A stretch of 31,693 bases of DNA from a virus (IMGVR_UViG_3300004633_000009:1-31693), one strand, 5' to 3'. Counted from the stretch's first letter, positions 8,351 through 17,101 are shown. The notes: generated by a model from the sequence alone, not told the origin. A program made the numbers and translations.

Positions 8351-9345
8351 AGCATGCGCCCGTCAATGTCGCAGTCACGCACGCGGTGGTGACGCACGTG
8401 CCGATCGCGGACATCGTGATCGGCGAGCGGCGCCGTACGAAGCTTGGCCGGTTGAACGCTCTCGTCGCCAGCATCAAAGCGAACGGTCTCGTGCATCCGA
8501 TCCTGCTGCGCGGGACCACCCTGGTCGCGGGGCACCGTCGACTAGAAGCCTGCCGCTCGCTGAACATGAAAACGATTCCAGCGCGGCAGGTCGCCCACAT
8601 GACCGACGAGGAACTGCGCGCCATCGAGCTTGACGAGAACACTGCACGCGAAGGATTGACGACGTTGGAGGCGAGCAGGACGCGCCTCGCGCAGATTCGA
8701 CAGGCCGAGGCAGACCTGAAGTCGAAGGCGGTTTCTGTTCCAAGTGGGAACGAAAAGCGCCCTCACCGCAAGACAGGACGAGCCCCAACAGGCAGGCCAC
8801 CCGAGACGAACTCAATGCGTGGCGTTGCCGAAGCGACCGGGATCTCGCCGGCCGAACAGGACCGCGTTGAGCGCCACGTCGCGCTCGCCGAGCAGTACCC
8901 GTTCCTACAACGGTCCGGATGGGGCCGGCCTGACGCACTCGACGCGGGTCAGTACCTGAACCAACTACCAGAGGCAGATCGCGGACCGATCGCGGCACTG
9001 CTGAATCAACCCGGCATTCCGCCGGAAAAGGCGTTGCCGTGCCTCGCACACGCCGTCGAAATGGAATCCGCCGCACGTCGCCACGTCATCGCGTTATCCA
9101 CCGATCCCGACGACTTGAAGCGGCGCGAGGCGCTGACAATCCTCGCGAAAGTACCGCCGCCAGCAGATCCCGCACTCGGCGCGGTGTCCGAGATGGTCGA
9201 CCTCGGTCGACGCGCCACAGGCCTTTGCAGGATGCCGCAGTTCAGGTCACGCATCGCGGACACCACGAAGCAGATTTCCGACATTTACCGGGAGTTTAGC
9301 GCCGCAGATAAGGAGGCCCGTCGCAATGGCCAAACTGTTTGCTGA
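8347..9345 (+). CDS. ParB N-terminal domain protein with HTH (GTG start)
   Basis: LVASIKANGLVHPI, AGHRRLEA and ENTARE motifs; SMRGVAEATGIS HTH; GTGA overlap with GAGGAG SD. Confidence 0.85.
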   Translation: MKHAPVNVAVTHAVVTHVPIADIVIGERRRTKLGRLNALVASIKANGLVHPILLRGTTLVAGHRRLEACRSLNMKTIPARQVAHMTDEELRAIELDENTAREGLTTLEASRTRLAQIRQAEADLKSKAVSVPSGNEKRPHRKTGRAPTGRPPETNSMRGVAEATGISPAEQDRVERHVALAEQYPFLQRSGWGRPDALDAGQYLNQLPEADRGPIAALLNQPGIPPEKALPCLAHAVEMESAARRHVIALSTDPDDLKRREALTILAKVPPPADPALGAVSEMVDLGRRATGLCRMPQFRSRIADTTKQISDIYREFSAADKEARRNGQTVC

Positions 9346-9823
9346 TTCCGATCTGGCAACGACCGAGGCGGCAATCCGGGATCTCTTTCGGCGACTCGGC
9401 GGGAACGTGCCGATCCACGAACTAGCCGACGCGGTGATCGAGCAAGGCGTGCTGAACGATGAAGAGCTTGATCGCATCACGCGCCGCGGCGTGATGGAGC
9501 GCTGTCGTCATGCGCTCAGTCACGAGACGAAGGAAGGTGTTCCATACGCGCAACCGGTTCGCGGCGGCAAGCGGGCGCCCTGGATCCAACTTGATCTCTA
9601 TACAGCCGATCAAATGGCGTCGTTGCTGAACCGTCGCGCCGATGGCATCGGCGACGACTGTGCCAAATGGTGGCGGCTCTACACGTGGGCCTCGGCGAAA
9701 TACCCCGAACCGTTCCACGTACCCGGGCACATCCAGCGATGGCACGACGACGTGGTCAACGACGACGGGGACATTGAATATCGCGAACGCGACGAGGACG
9801 AGGACGAGGACGAGGGCGACTGA
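9326..9823 (+). CDS. Hypothetical protein with acidic tail
   Basis: AAGGAGG SD; ends DEDEDEDEGD, encoded by (GACGAG)4 at 9791-9814. Confidence 0.8.
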   Translation: MAKLFADSDLATTEAAIRDLFRRLGGNVPIHELADAVIEQGVLNDEELDRITRRGVMERCRHALSHETKEGVPYAQPVRGGKRAPWIQLDLYTADQMASLLNRRADGIGDDCAKWWRLYTWASAKYPEPFHVPGHIQRWHDDVVNDDGDIEYRERDEDEDEDEGD

Positions 9824-10632
9824 TGCCGAGAGCAGCGAAACGACTCACCGATCCCGACGTCGTCACCGATCCGCTCGCGATCATCGAGCAGTACGCGCGC
9901 GACGAGGACATCGTCCGCCGCAGCGACGAATTTCTCGAGGTCGTGACGCGCGTTGTCAGCGGGTGGGGCACCGCCTACGAGCAGCGCATCGCGCGGATCG
10001 TCACCGAATCGAACGCGGTGCGCTCGACAGCCGATCAGGCGCAGGTCGCCGACACGCTGAAAGAGGCGGTCGCAACGCAACGCGAGGCCGAGGCCTTTTT
10101 CAAACCGCGGAAATCCCTATTCGACAAGGTGCACGACATCGTGTGCGGCCGCGAGAACAGCCTGATCAAGGCGAAGCTGCTGCCGTGGATCGGATCCGCG
10201 CGGCAGCACTTGCTCGACTTCGATCGCGCCGAGGAACGTCGACTGCGCGAAGACGCGTGGGCGCGCGAAGAGGCCGCCCGTCGCGACGAACAGGAACGGC
10301 TCCTGCGCGAAGCCGAGAGCTTGCAGGCGCGCGGCGAACCCGAGCTCGCGAACGTGGTGCTGGAGCAAGCGGCGCACGCACCCGCGCCCGTCATTCAACC
10401 GGAACCGCGCGAGCGGATCGCCGGCATCTCGAAACCGATCGCGAATTGGAAGTGGCGCCCGATCGGCGGCGACACGCCGGAGGCACGCGCACGCGCCGAG
10501 AAGCTGGTCCCGCGCGAGTTCCTGGAGATCTCCGATCGGAAGTTGACCGCGCACGCGAAGGCCTTCGGCAACACGGTCCGCGTCCCGGGCGTTGAGTTCT
10601 ACGACGCGGGCACGCTGCGGGTGCGGCCGTGA
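9823..10632 (+). CDS. Coiled-coil phage protein of recombination modules (C-terminal VPGVEFY)
   Basis: TGATG coupling; E/R/A-rich coiled coil; PGV(E)FY ending common in phage early genes. Confidence 0.8.
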   Translation: MPRAAKRLTDPDVVTDPLAIIEQYARDEDIVRRSDEFLEVVTRVVSGWGTAYEQRIARIVTESNAVRSTADQAQVADTLKEAVATQREAEAFFKPRKSLFDKVHDIVCGRENSLIKAKLLPWIGSARQHLLDFDRAEERRLREDAWAREEAARRDEQERLLREAESLQARGEPELANVVLEQAAHAPAPVIQPEPRERIAGISKPIANWKWRPIGGDTPEARARAEKLVPREFLEISDRKLTAHAKAFGNTVRVPGVEFYDAGTLRVRP

Positions 10633-10847
10633 CCAGCGACATTCCGACGTTCGTGCTGCGGAACGAATCGACCGGCCGCGTCATCTTGGAGTGGACGCCC
10701 GAGGCCGCGATGTGGATGGACCTCCAAGCATTCGCCGAGGCCTCGGGCATGAGCGTCGAGGACGTGATCCACCGCGCGCTCGTGCACACGTTGAGCACCG
10801 CGAACGGCGAGGAATCGCTCGTCAAGCGCAAGGGAGCACAGCCATGA
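10629..10847 (+). CDS. Hypothetical protein, possible RHH-like
   Basis: GTGA overlap; LQAFAEASGMSVEDVIHRAL. Confidence 0.6.
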   Translation: MTSDIPTFVLRNESTGRVILEWTPEAAMWMDLQAFAEASGMSVEDVIHRALVHTLSTANGEESLVKRKGAQP

Positions 10848-11077
10848 GCCGGCGCGCGGATCGATGGGCGAAACAGCAGGCGCTCGAACGCGAGTGGGCG
10901 CGCGACCCGCGCCTTGAACGGTCCCGCTCGCTGGTCGAGGTCCCGCGGGACGAGCAGTGTCCGGCCGCGCTCGGGCGCCGCTGCTCGTTCACCATGCGCG
11001 GCAACGATGGCGTGTATCGCTGCTGGTACTGCTGCAAAACGAAGGCGCAGGCGGCCGCGGAGCGGGCGCAGTCATGA
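10844..11077 (+). CDS. Small Cys-rich protein (77 aa)
   Basis: ATGA overlap, AGGGAG SD, C..C..CWYC. Confidence 0.65.
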   Translation: MSRRADRWAKQQALEREWARDPRLERSRSLVEVPRDEQCPAALGRRCSFTMRGNDGVYRCWYCCKTKAQAAAERAQS

Positions 11078-11241
11078 CGGCGATCGCCGGCGCGCTGCTG
11101 CTCGTGGTCTTGCTCGCAACGATGGTCCGTCGCCGCCGGCGTCGAGCAACGCGCGCGGCCTGGCTGCGGGATGTGCGTCGCGCTGACTGCTCGCGCGGCG
11201 TGGAAGGAGTCTCGATTCGATGGCCGATCAAACACTCCTGA
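11074..11241 (+). CDS. Small membrane-anchored basic protein (55 aa)
   Basis: ATGA overlap; N-terminal hydrophobic helix followed by poly-Arg. Confidence 0.55.
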   Translation: MTAIAGALLLVVLLATMVRRRRRRATRAAWLRDVRRADCSRGVEGVSIRWPIKHS

Positions 11242-11444
11242 CCATCATCGAGCAGCACGTGGCGTTCGCGGGGCTGATCGAGCACGCGTTGGCCGCGATG
11301 GAACTGGGCGCGTTCGCCACGGCGGCCGCGTACTTCGAGATGGCCGCACGCACCACGTCCGTCGCCCAATTCGAGAGCGTGGCCCTGCACGCGGCGTGGT
11401 GCTGCCGCGAGCTCGCCGACGGCCACGTGTCGCAGCCGGACTGA
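11220..11444 (+). CDS. Hypothetical protein (74 aa)
   Basis: AAGGAG SD; fits the operon tiling. Confidence 0.65.
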   Translation: MADQTLLTIIEQHVAFAGLIEHALAAMELGAFATAAAYFEMAARTTSVAQFESVALHAAWCCRELADGHVSQPD

Positions 11445-11449
11445 ACCCG

Positions 11450-11701
11450 ATGCCGCGGTTGCCGCCGTATCCCTACGTCGACTGTCCGCAGCATGGCGAA
11501 GGCCGACTGCTGCTCGGGTACTGCGTGTGCCGACACATCCTCGAGGAACACGCGGTGATCGCGCACACGATCGAGGCGACGAGTCGGCGACTCGGCGAAA
11601 TGCTCTGTGAGGTCTGCCACGCGACGCCGCCGACCGTCGATGACCTGCGGCTGATCTGCGCGCGCTGCGTCGAGAACCTGCGCGCGCCGGTCATTCACTG
11701 A
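11450..11701 (+). CDS. Small Zn-binding protein (83 aa)
   Basis: CPQHG, VCRH, CEVC and CARC motifs. Confidence 0.7.
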   Translation: MPRLPPYPYVDCPQHGEGRLLLGYCVCRHILEEHAVIAHTIEATSRRLGEMLCEVCHATPPTVDDLRLICARCVENLRAPVIH

Positions 11702-11712
11702 GGTGCATAGAT

Positions 11713-12438
11713 ATGCCCCGACGACCACGATCCCATCAACCCCGCAAGGCGCCGAAGGTCGCGTACCGCTACATCGAGCCGACGAGCGATCAAGGCCGGC
11801 CGATGTACATGCTGCTGCGCGAACTCGTCGAGACGCATCACGCCGATCTGCGGCAGGCGCAGATCGCGCTGGCCTGGAACCTCTCGTGGCGGCCCGATCT
11901 CGACGGGAGACTCGTGCTCGGGAAATGCCACAAGGTGTCAGACCTCCACCGCGAAGTGGCGGAGGTACGCGCCTATGACTTCGTGATCATTCTGCTCGAA
12001 CGCTTCTGGACCGACGTGCTGGTGAACGAGCGGCAACGCCGCGCGCTGCTCGACCACGAACTCTGTCACGCCGACATCAAGCGCGACGCGCACGGCGATC
12101 CGATCACCGACGAGCGCGGACGCACCGTCTACCGAATCCGCAAGCACGACCTCGAAGAATTCGCGTGCGTCGCGGAACGGTACGGGTGCTGGAAAAAAGA
12201 CCTCGAAGGCTTCGCGTCCGCGCTCGAACGCGGGCGCGAGCGCACGACCGATCAATGGGTGGGCTATCGCTCGCTGCAGGCCGATCTCCACCAGGCCGGC
12301 CTCGACGTCGCCATTGAACGCATCGTCGAGTGGAACGAAGACCAGCGACGCGAAGCGCGCACGTACGCGCTGTTGCGCCGAGACGTGGAAGGCCGCTCCG
12401 TCGTCGATGCGCCGGCATTTCTCACCGCGAGCGAGTAG
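11713..12438 (+). CDS. Putative phage metallopeptidase
   Basis: HELCH zinc motif followed by HDLEEF. Confidence 0.85.
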   Translation: MPRRPRSHQPRKAPKVAYRYIEPTSDQGRPMYMLLRELVETHHADLRQAQIALAWNLSWRPDLDGRLVLGKCHKVSDLHREVAEVRAYDFVIILLERFWTDVLVNERQRRALLDHELCHADIKRDAHGDPITDERGRTVYRIRKHDLEEFACVAERYGCWKKDLEGFASALERGRERTTDQWVGYRSLQADLHQAGLDVAIERIVEWNEDQRREARTYALLRRDVEGRSVVDAPAFLTASE

Positions 12439-12446
12439 CCGAACCG

Positions 12447-13052
12447 ATGTGGACGCGCCTCGACGATGGACTGCTGGATCACCCGAAGATCCTCGCGGCC
12501 GGGCAACTGCTCGGGCGCGATGGCGCCTGTGTGGCGCTCGGCACCTATGTGATGGGTCTGGTCTGGACCAATAAGCAATTGACCGACGGGTTCTTACCGA
12601 CGCAAGTCGTGGTGGGGTTCGCAGACAAAAACCGACGGCAGGCGACGAAACTCGCCGACGCGCTCGTCAAAGCCGGCCTATGGGAACGCGTCGACGGAGG
12701 CTTTCGAATTCACGACTTCGAGCACTACAACCCGAGCGCGGCCAAAGTGCGCGCGAATCGCGAATGGACCCGTCAGCGCAAACAACTGTTTTCAGACATC
12801 CCGCTGATGGATCAGATCCGACACCGCGATCAGGATCGCTGTCGTTATTGCGGCGAGCCGGTCAATTGGACCAATCGACGAGGACCACTCGGTGCGGAGT
12901 TCGACCACGTCAAACCGCGCGGGCCGAACTCGCTCGATAACGTGGTCATCGCGTGTCATCGCTGCAACAACGTCAAAGGCAGTCGCACGCCGGAGGAAGC
13001 CAATATGCCACTCCTGCCGCCACCGTCGAGGAGGAAAAACGGTGCGGCTTGA
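12447..13052 (+). CDS. Replication-initiator-like N-terminal domain fused to an HNH endonuclease
   Basis: WTRLDDGLLDHPKI...LVKAGLWE..DGGFRIHDF; CRYCG...DHVKP...N...ACHRCN..KG. Confidence 0.8.
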   Translation: MWTRLDDGLLDHPKILAAGQLLGRDGACVALGTYVMGLVWTNKQLTDGFLPTQVVVGFADKNRRQATKLADALVKAGLWERVDGGFRIHDFEHYNPSAAKVRANREWTRQRKQLFSDIPLMDQIRHRDQDRCRYCGEPVNWTNRRGPLGAEFDHVKPRGPNSLDNVVIACHRCNNVKGSRTPEEANMPLLPPPSRRKNGAA

Positions 13053-13124
13053 CACACGGATTCGATTCGATCTACGTGCGCGCGCCAGCGTGCGCGACGC
13101 GCGCGCCGGTATCCCGCGCGCGCG

Positions 13125-13159
13125 GTACCAGTACCAGTACCAGTACCAGTACCAGTACC
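13125..13159. repeat. (GTACCA)5-GTACC tandem repeat
   Basis: Seen directly; followed by A/T-rich DNA and the inverted repeat GGCCGCGC-N8-GCGCGGCC (13219-13242). Confidence 0.95.
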
Positions 13160-13258
13160 CATTAAGAGATCCCGGCGGACGATCTTCGTGCTTGTAGGTA
13201 CTTGGATTTAAAAGAGCAGGCCGCGCCAAAATGCGCGCGGCCGAAATACTGAGAAAAA

Positions 13259-13747
13259 ATGCAAAACCCAAAAACGCCGGATCCGCTGCTCAGCGGAACC
13301 CGACTGCTCGTGAAGGTTTTGCAGGACCTCGTGCGCACGCAGCGGTTCGACTCGTACGCGGATCTCGTCGACGCGTTGAAGTACCGCTGCGCCGATCTCC
13401 GCATTCCGTACGCGACGCCGACGATCGAGCAAGCGATCACTCAACTCGAACGCGGCGGCCGCTGGTCGCTCGTCGCCACAGTGCCGACGCGATCGGAAGA
13501 CCACACGTCCGACGTGTCCGAGCCGCCAGCGATCGGCCGCGAGGAGGCCGCTGCAATTCTCCGGAAGATTCGTACGCGGCTTGGTGACGGCGCGGCGCCG
13601 CGGCCAATGCCGAAAGCCAAACCGGTGATGCTCGCTACGGCACTCCGCGCAGGCTGGCAGCGGAACCGCGCGCGCGCACTCGCGATCGTGCTGGATGAAA
13701 TCGACGCGGCGAGCGCGCGCGTGGCTGCCTTGGAGGAGAAGCCATGA
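13259..13747 (+). CDS. Hypothetical protein (162 aa)
   Basis: Fits the operon; ATGA overlap with the next gene. Confidence 0.7.
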   Translation: MQNPKTPDPLLSGTRLLVKVLQDLVRTQRFDSYADLVDALKYRCADLRIPYATPTIEQAITQLERGGRWSLVATVPTRSEDHTSDVSEPPAIGREEAAAILRKIRTRLGDGAAPRPMPKAKPVMLATALRAGWQRNRARALAIVLDEIDAASARVAALEEKP

Positions 13748-13926
13748 GCACGTGGCGCACGTTCGCGTTCATCGTGCTGTGCGGCCGGTGTGGCCGGCAC
13801 ATCGCGGCCGGCGAGTTGGTGCGCGTGATCACCGCGGCCGGCTGCCGCTGGAAGTTGAACCGCTGCCTGGGCTGCAGCGCGGCGGAGGGCATCACACCGC
13901 CGCGCGAGGAGGAGACACCGCGGTGA
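13744..13926 (+). CDS. Small zinc-ribbon protein
   Basis: CGRC...CLGC; GGAGGAG SD. Confidence 0.7.
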   Translation: MSTWRTFAFIVLCGRCGRHIAAGELVRVITAAGCRWKLNRCLGCSAAEGITPPREEETPR

Positions 13927-14417
13927 CGTCGCTCGTGTTCACGGTCTACGGCGAAGCGCGCCCGCAGGGCTCGATGAAAGCGTTCCTGCCGCAAGGCTGG
14001 CGCCGGCCGATTCTCACGAGCGACAACGTACACCTGAAATCCTGGCGACAGCTGGTGCAGGAGCGCGCGAATGCCGCTGTGGCGGATCTCGAGGACGCGC
14101 AGCGCGGGCCGATGGTCGGCGGTGTCCGCTTGACGATCGCGTTCTATCTGCCGCGGCCGCAATCGCTGCCGCGGCGCGTCATCGCGCACACGCGGAAGCC
14201 CGACATCGACAAGCTGGTGCGCGCGATCTTCGACGCATTGCACCACATCGTGTACCTGAACGACTCGCAGGTCTGCGAGCTGGTGACGGCGAAGTACTAC
14301 GCGGATGACGGGCAGCTACCACACGTCGACGTCCGCGTGGATGCGACGTTCGGCCTGTTGCCGGCGCGAGTCCCGGCGGCGCCGTTGCCGCTGTTCGAGC
14401 GAGGCGCGGCGCTATGA
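13923..14417 (+). CDS. rusA: RusA family Holliday junction resolvase (GTG start)
   Basis: PQGS and KPDIDKLVRAIFDAL...NDSQV motifs. Confidence 0.92.
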   Translation: MTSLVFTVYGEARPQGSMKAFLPQGWRRPILTSDNVHLKSWRQLVQERANAAVADLEDAQRGPMVGGVRLTIAFYLPRPQSLPRRVIAHTRKPDIDKLVRAIFDALHHIVYLNDSQVCELVTAKYYADDGQLPHVDVRVDATFGLLPARVPAAPLPLFERGAAL

Positions 14418-14731
14418 CGCGCACCGCTTGGATGACGACGCGCGGGCCACTGGAGCAGACGCGGATCTGTCCCGCCTGCAAGCGTCCAGCGAACGCCGTG
14501 ACCGGCGTGAAGCTGCACCGGCCGCCGCGCGAGGAAGAAACGGTCCCGCGACCGGGCTCGATCATCGTCTGCGCGTACTGCAGCGCGTGCTGTATCGAGC
14601 AACCGGCGCCGTTTGGTTTGCGGCTGTGTACGCAGGAGGAGTTCGCGCAACTGGACCCGGAGATTCAGCATCTGGTGCGGGTGTGGACCGACATCCGCGC
14701 CGGGAAAGGGAGGAGCGATGGCACTCAATGA
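14414..14731 (+). CDS. Small zinc-binding protein
   Basis: CPAC...PGSIIVCAYC; ATGA overlap. Confidence 0.7.
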   Translation: MTRTAWMTTRGPLEQTRICPACKRPANAVTGVKLHRPPREEETVPRPGSIIVCAYCSACCIEQPAPFGLRLCTQEEFAQLDPEIQHLVRVWTDIRAGKGRSDGTQ

Positions 14732-14909
14732 ATTGCGCTTCGCAGTCGAGTTGAACATGCAGGGTGATCTCGAACGCTTGCGACCGCCGATCGACGCGGC
14801 CGCGGCGCAGGTCGCGCAGTTGGCCGCGGATCAAGGCCTCGAAGCTGTGCGTGTCGAATTCAAGCTGGTGATCGAAGGCGTACCGGCAACCGACGCCGAC
14901 GCGAAATGA
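14718..14909 (+). CDS. Hypothetical protein (63 aa)
   Basis: GGAGGAG SD before ATG 14718. Confidence 0.65.
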   Translation: MALNELRFAVELNMQGDLERLRPPIDAAAAQVAQLAADQGLEAVRVEFKLVIEGVPATDADAK

Positions 14910-14922
14910 ACGAGGAGGTCAG

Positions 14923-15702
14923 ATGCTGCTGAATCGCTCGCGTGCTGCTGGTAAGACTGCGCCGACTCTGAAGATCGCGATGAAGTCGGGGCAGAACGGG
15001 AAATACGTGTCTGCCGACGACAACGACGCGGATCGGCTCGTCGCCAATCGCGATCACGTCCAGCACTGGGAAACCTTCGAGATCTACATGGTCGACGAGG
15101 CCGGCAACCTCGTGCCGATCACGTTGCCGCCGCCAGGCGGTACGGCGCCGCCCGACACGGCACCGCCCGACACGACGCCTCCACCGAGCACGACGGCGGA
15201 TCAAATTCCGATCGATCAGATCACGTTCGTTAACGGGCCGAACATTCGGGAGTTCGCGCAGACCACGAAGATCACGCAGCTGCGCGTGGCGGGCAACATC
15301 TACGTCGAGTTCGACAAGAAATTCGGGCCGAATCGCTGGCCCGACTTCGTGCCGCCCGGTTGGGATGGTCCGCTGCAGTACTCGATGGGCCTGGTCGTCA
15401 AGGTCAGCGGCGCCTGGTATTCGTCGGCGCCGATCGAGTGCTGGAACCACGAGACGCTTGGCTTCGGTGGCCCGATCCCCGAGCAGGTGATCCCCGATGG
15501 GCGCGGGCAGATTCAGGGGAACTGGTACTACAACTCCGGCTGGTACCCGCTGAACACCGCGCATCCGCAGCCGCACGAGGAACTTGGGTTCTATGTCGTG
15601 GCGGGCGACGCGCGCAACAACTATTGCCCGATGCGCGAGCGATCGCAAATCGTGAAGTTCCCACTGCCGGTGCCTGGTGGCGATCAGACGTGGACATGGT
15701 GA
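14923..15702 (+). CDS. Protein with one fascin-like beta-trefoil repeat, Pro/Thr linker and unknown Trp/Tyr/Gly-rich domain
   Basis: IAMKSGQNGKYVSA...LVANRDHVQHWETFEI; 15-bp tandem repeat in linker (15142-15171); GAGGAGG SD. Confidence 0.8.
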   Translation: MLLNRSRAAGKTAPTLKIAMKSGQNGKYVSADDNDADRLVANRDHVQHWETFEIYMVDEAGNLVPITLPPPGGTAPPDTAPPDTTPPPSTTADQIPIDQITFVNGPNIREFAQTTKITQLRVAGNIYVEFDKKFGPNRWPDFVPPGWDGPLQYSMGLVVKVSGAWYSSAPIECWNHETLGFGGPIPEQVIPDGRGQIQGNWYYNSGWYPLNTAHPQPHEELGFYVVAGDARNNYCPMRERSQIVKFPLPVPGGDQTWTW

Positions 15703-15743
15703 GGAGGCGACGGCTCAGCGTGCAGCGCGGCACGGGCGATCAG

Positions 15744-16001
15744 ATGCGCACAATCGCGGCACCGCCGGTGTCGGAGAAAATTCGCGCGGATCTCGCGGCG
15801 TTGGACCCGCGGGATCCGACGTTTTCGCTCGTGCTGTCGCTGCACCAGATTGAGGACCTCGCCGCCGGGTTCTGCCCGGCGCTCGTCACCGCGATGGCGC
15901 GGTTGGCGCTCGACACCGAAGATGCGATGCACCGGCAGGCCCGCGCGCGCGCGGCCTCCGATGAATTGCGACGGAGGCGACGTGAGCAGCGCACCCGCTG
16001 A
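15744..16001 (+). CDS. Hypothetical protein (85 aa)
   Basis: Tiles between neighbours; plausible composition. Confidence 0.55.
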   Translation: MRTIAAPPVSEKIRADLAALDPRDPTFSLVLSLHQIEDLAAGFCPALVTAMARLALDTEDAMHRQARARAASDELRRRRREQRTR

Positions 16002-16254
16002 ACGCACGTACGAATGGCTGACCGTGAAGGAAGCGGCGGCACGCGCGAAGTGCTCAACTGCGCTGATCTATCTCGCGGTGCGCCGCGGGCAGCTGCGGGC
16101 CTCGCGACTCGGCGTGCGAAAGGACATCCGCATTCTCGAATCGTGGCTCGACGCGTGGATCGTGAGCCTGAGCACACCGACGTTGATCAATCCCGATGCG
16201 CCTGGTGACGACCCGCCGCCTGTCGGACCCCTGCCATTTCCACGTAAAAAATAA
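15982..16254 (+). CDS. xis: Excisionase-like HTH protein (GTG start)
   Basis: WLTVKEAAARAKCSTALIYLAVRRGQLRASRLG...IRI; GGAGG SD; upstream of the integrase operon. Confidence 0.8.
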   Translation: MSSAPAERTYEWLTVKEAAARAKCSTALIYLAVRRGQLRASRLGVRKDIRILESWLDAWIVSLSTPTLINPDAPGDDPPPVGPLPFPRKK

Positions 16255-16275
16255 GTCGAGACATCGCAATATATC

Positions 16276-16295
16276 TGCTGCTATCATTTGCAGCA
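16276..16295 (+). promoter_or_regulatory. Extended -10 promoter (TG-C-TATCAT) inside TGCTGC-N8-GCAGCA palindrome; probable leaderless start
   Basis: -10 at 16282-16287, ATG 8 nt later, no SD. Confidence 0.6.
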
Positions 16296-16468
16296 TGACA
16301 AATAAACGCAAGGCACCGAAAGCGGAAGGCTTGTTCGTTCGCGTGGATCCGAGGGTGAGGCAAGTGCTCGACGCCATCAAAGAACGCGATGGCGTTCCTT
16401 ATCGCGCGCAGCTGGAGCGCGCGATCGTGCTGTGGGCGCAGTCCAAAGGAATCGAGGTGCGCCTGTGA
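16295..16468 (+). CDS. Ribbon-helix-helix regulator (57 aa)
   Basis: LFVRVDPRVRQVLDAIKERDGVPYRAQLERAI beta-alpha-alpha pattern. Confidence 0.78.
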   Translation: MTNKRKAPKAEGLFVRVDPRVRQVLDAIKERDGVPYRAQLERAIVLWAQSKGIEVRL

Positions 16469-16638
16469 AGCGCGGGCGAAAGCCGGCGCCGACGAAGTAC
16501 ACGAGTGTGGTAACGCACATCGGCCCGGTGCGGCCGATGACGCCGGAACTGCGGCAGCAGCTGGTCAAGGAATTTGCGCGGTGGCTCGAGGCGGATTACC
16601 GGCGCCGCCACGGATTGCCGAAAGGCGGTGCCCGGTGA
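16465..16638 (+). CDS. Small basic hypothetical protein (57 aa)
   Basis: GTGA overlaps at both ends; GAGGT SD. Confidence 0.6.
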   Translation: MKRGRKPAPTKYTSVVTHIGPVRPMTPELRQQLVKEFARWLEADYRRRHGLPKGGAR

Positions 16639-16838
16639 AGCACGACGAGATTCGGAAATCGATCCACGAGATTCTCGACTCGCACGACGACGCGCTTGCC
16701 GCGATTCGGAACGCGAGCGAGAGCATGCTGATGGTGCTGAAGGCGCACGACGCCGCGGTGGTTAGCGCCATCGAGGCGAACCGCGCCGCGCTACGGTTAC
16801 TCGAACGCATCGACCGCGAGAACGGCGGCGCCGCATGA
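16635..16838 (+). CDS. Small helical hypothetical protein (67 aa)
   Basis: GTGA/ATGA overlaps. Confidence 0.65.
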   Translation: MKHDEIRKSIHEILDSHDDALAAIRNASESMLMVLKAHDAAVVSAIEANRAALRLLERIDRENGGAA

Positions 16839-17101
16839 CGAACAGTCAACTCTATCTCGCGATCGGCGTGCCGATCCTTGTCAACATCGCGTTCAACGGC
16901 TTATTGATTCTCGTCCTGCAGACGTCGCTCAATCGACGGATCGACGACCTGCGTGACTTATGGCGCGCCGAACTCGGCCGTGTCGAACGACACTTCGACG
17001 AACGATTCGTCGCGCTCGAAGCGATGTGGCGCGGCGAATTGCACCGCGTCGAAGAGGTGATCGATGCCCGGCTGAAATCACTGGAGGAACGCCGCTCATG
17101 A
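16835..17101 (+). CDS. Membrane-anchored coiled-coil protein with duplicated WRxELxRVE motif
   Basis: N-terminal hydrophobic helix; WRAELGRVE/WRGELHRVE repeat. Confidence 0.8.
   Translation: MTNSQLYLAIGVPILVNIAFNGLLILVLQTSLNRRIDDLRDLWRAELGRVERHFDERFVALEAMWRGELHRVEEVIDARLKSLEERRS

Noticed and set aside
13125-13159. CRISPR array or mini-array
   Set aside because: Contiguous hexamers without spacers; the 27-bp and 17-bp repeat pairs have better explanations; the Cas4-like nuclease sits with RecT
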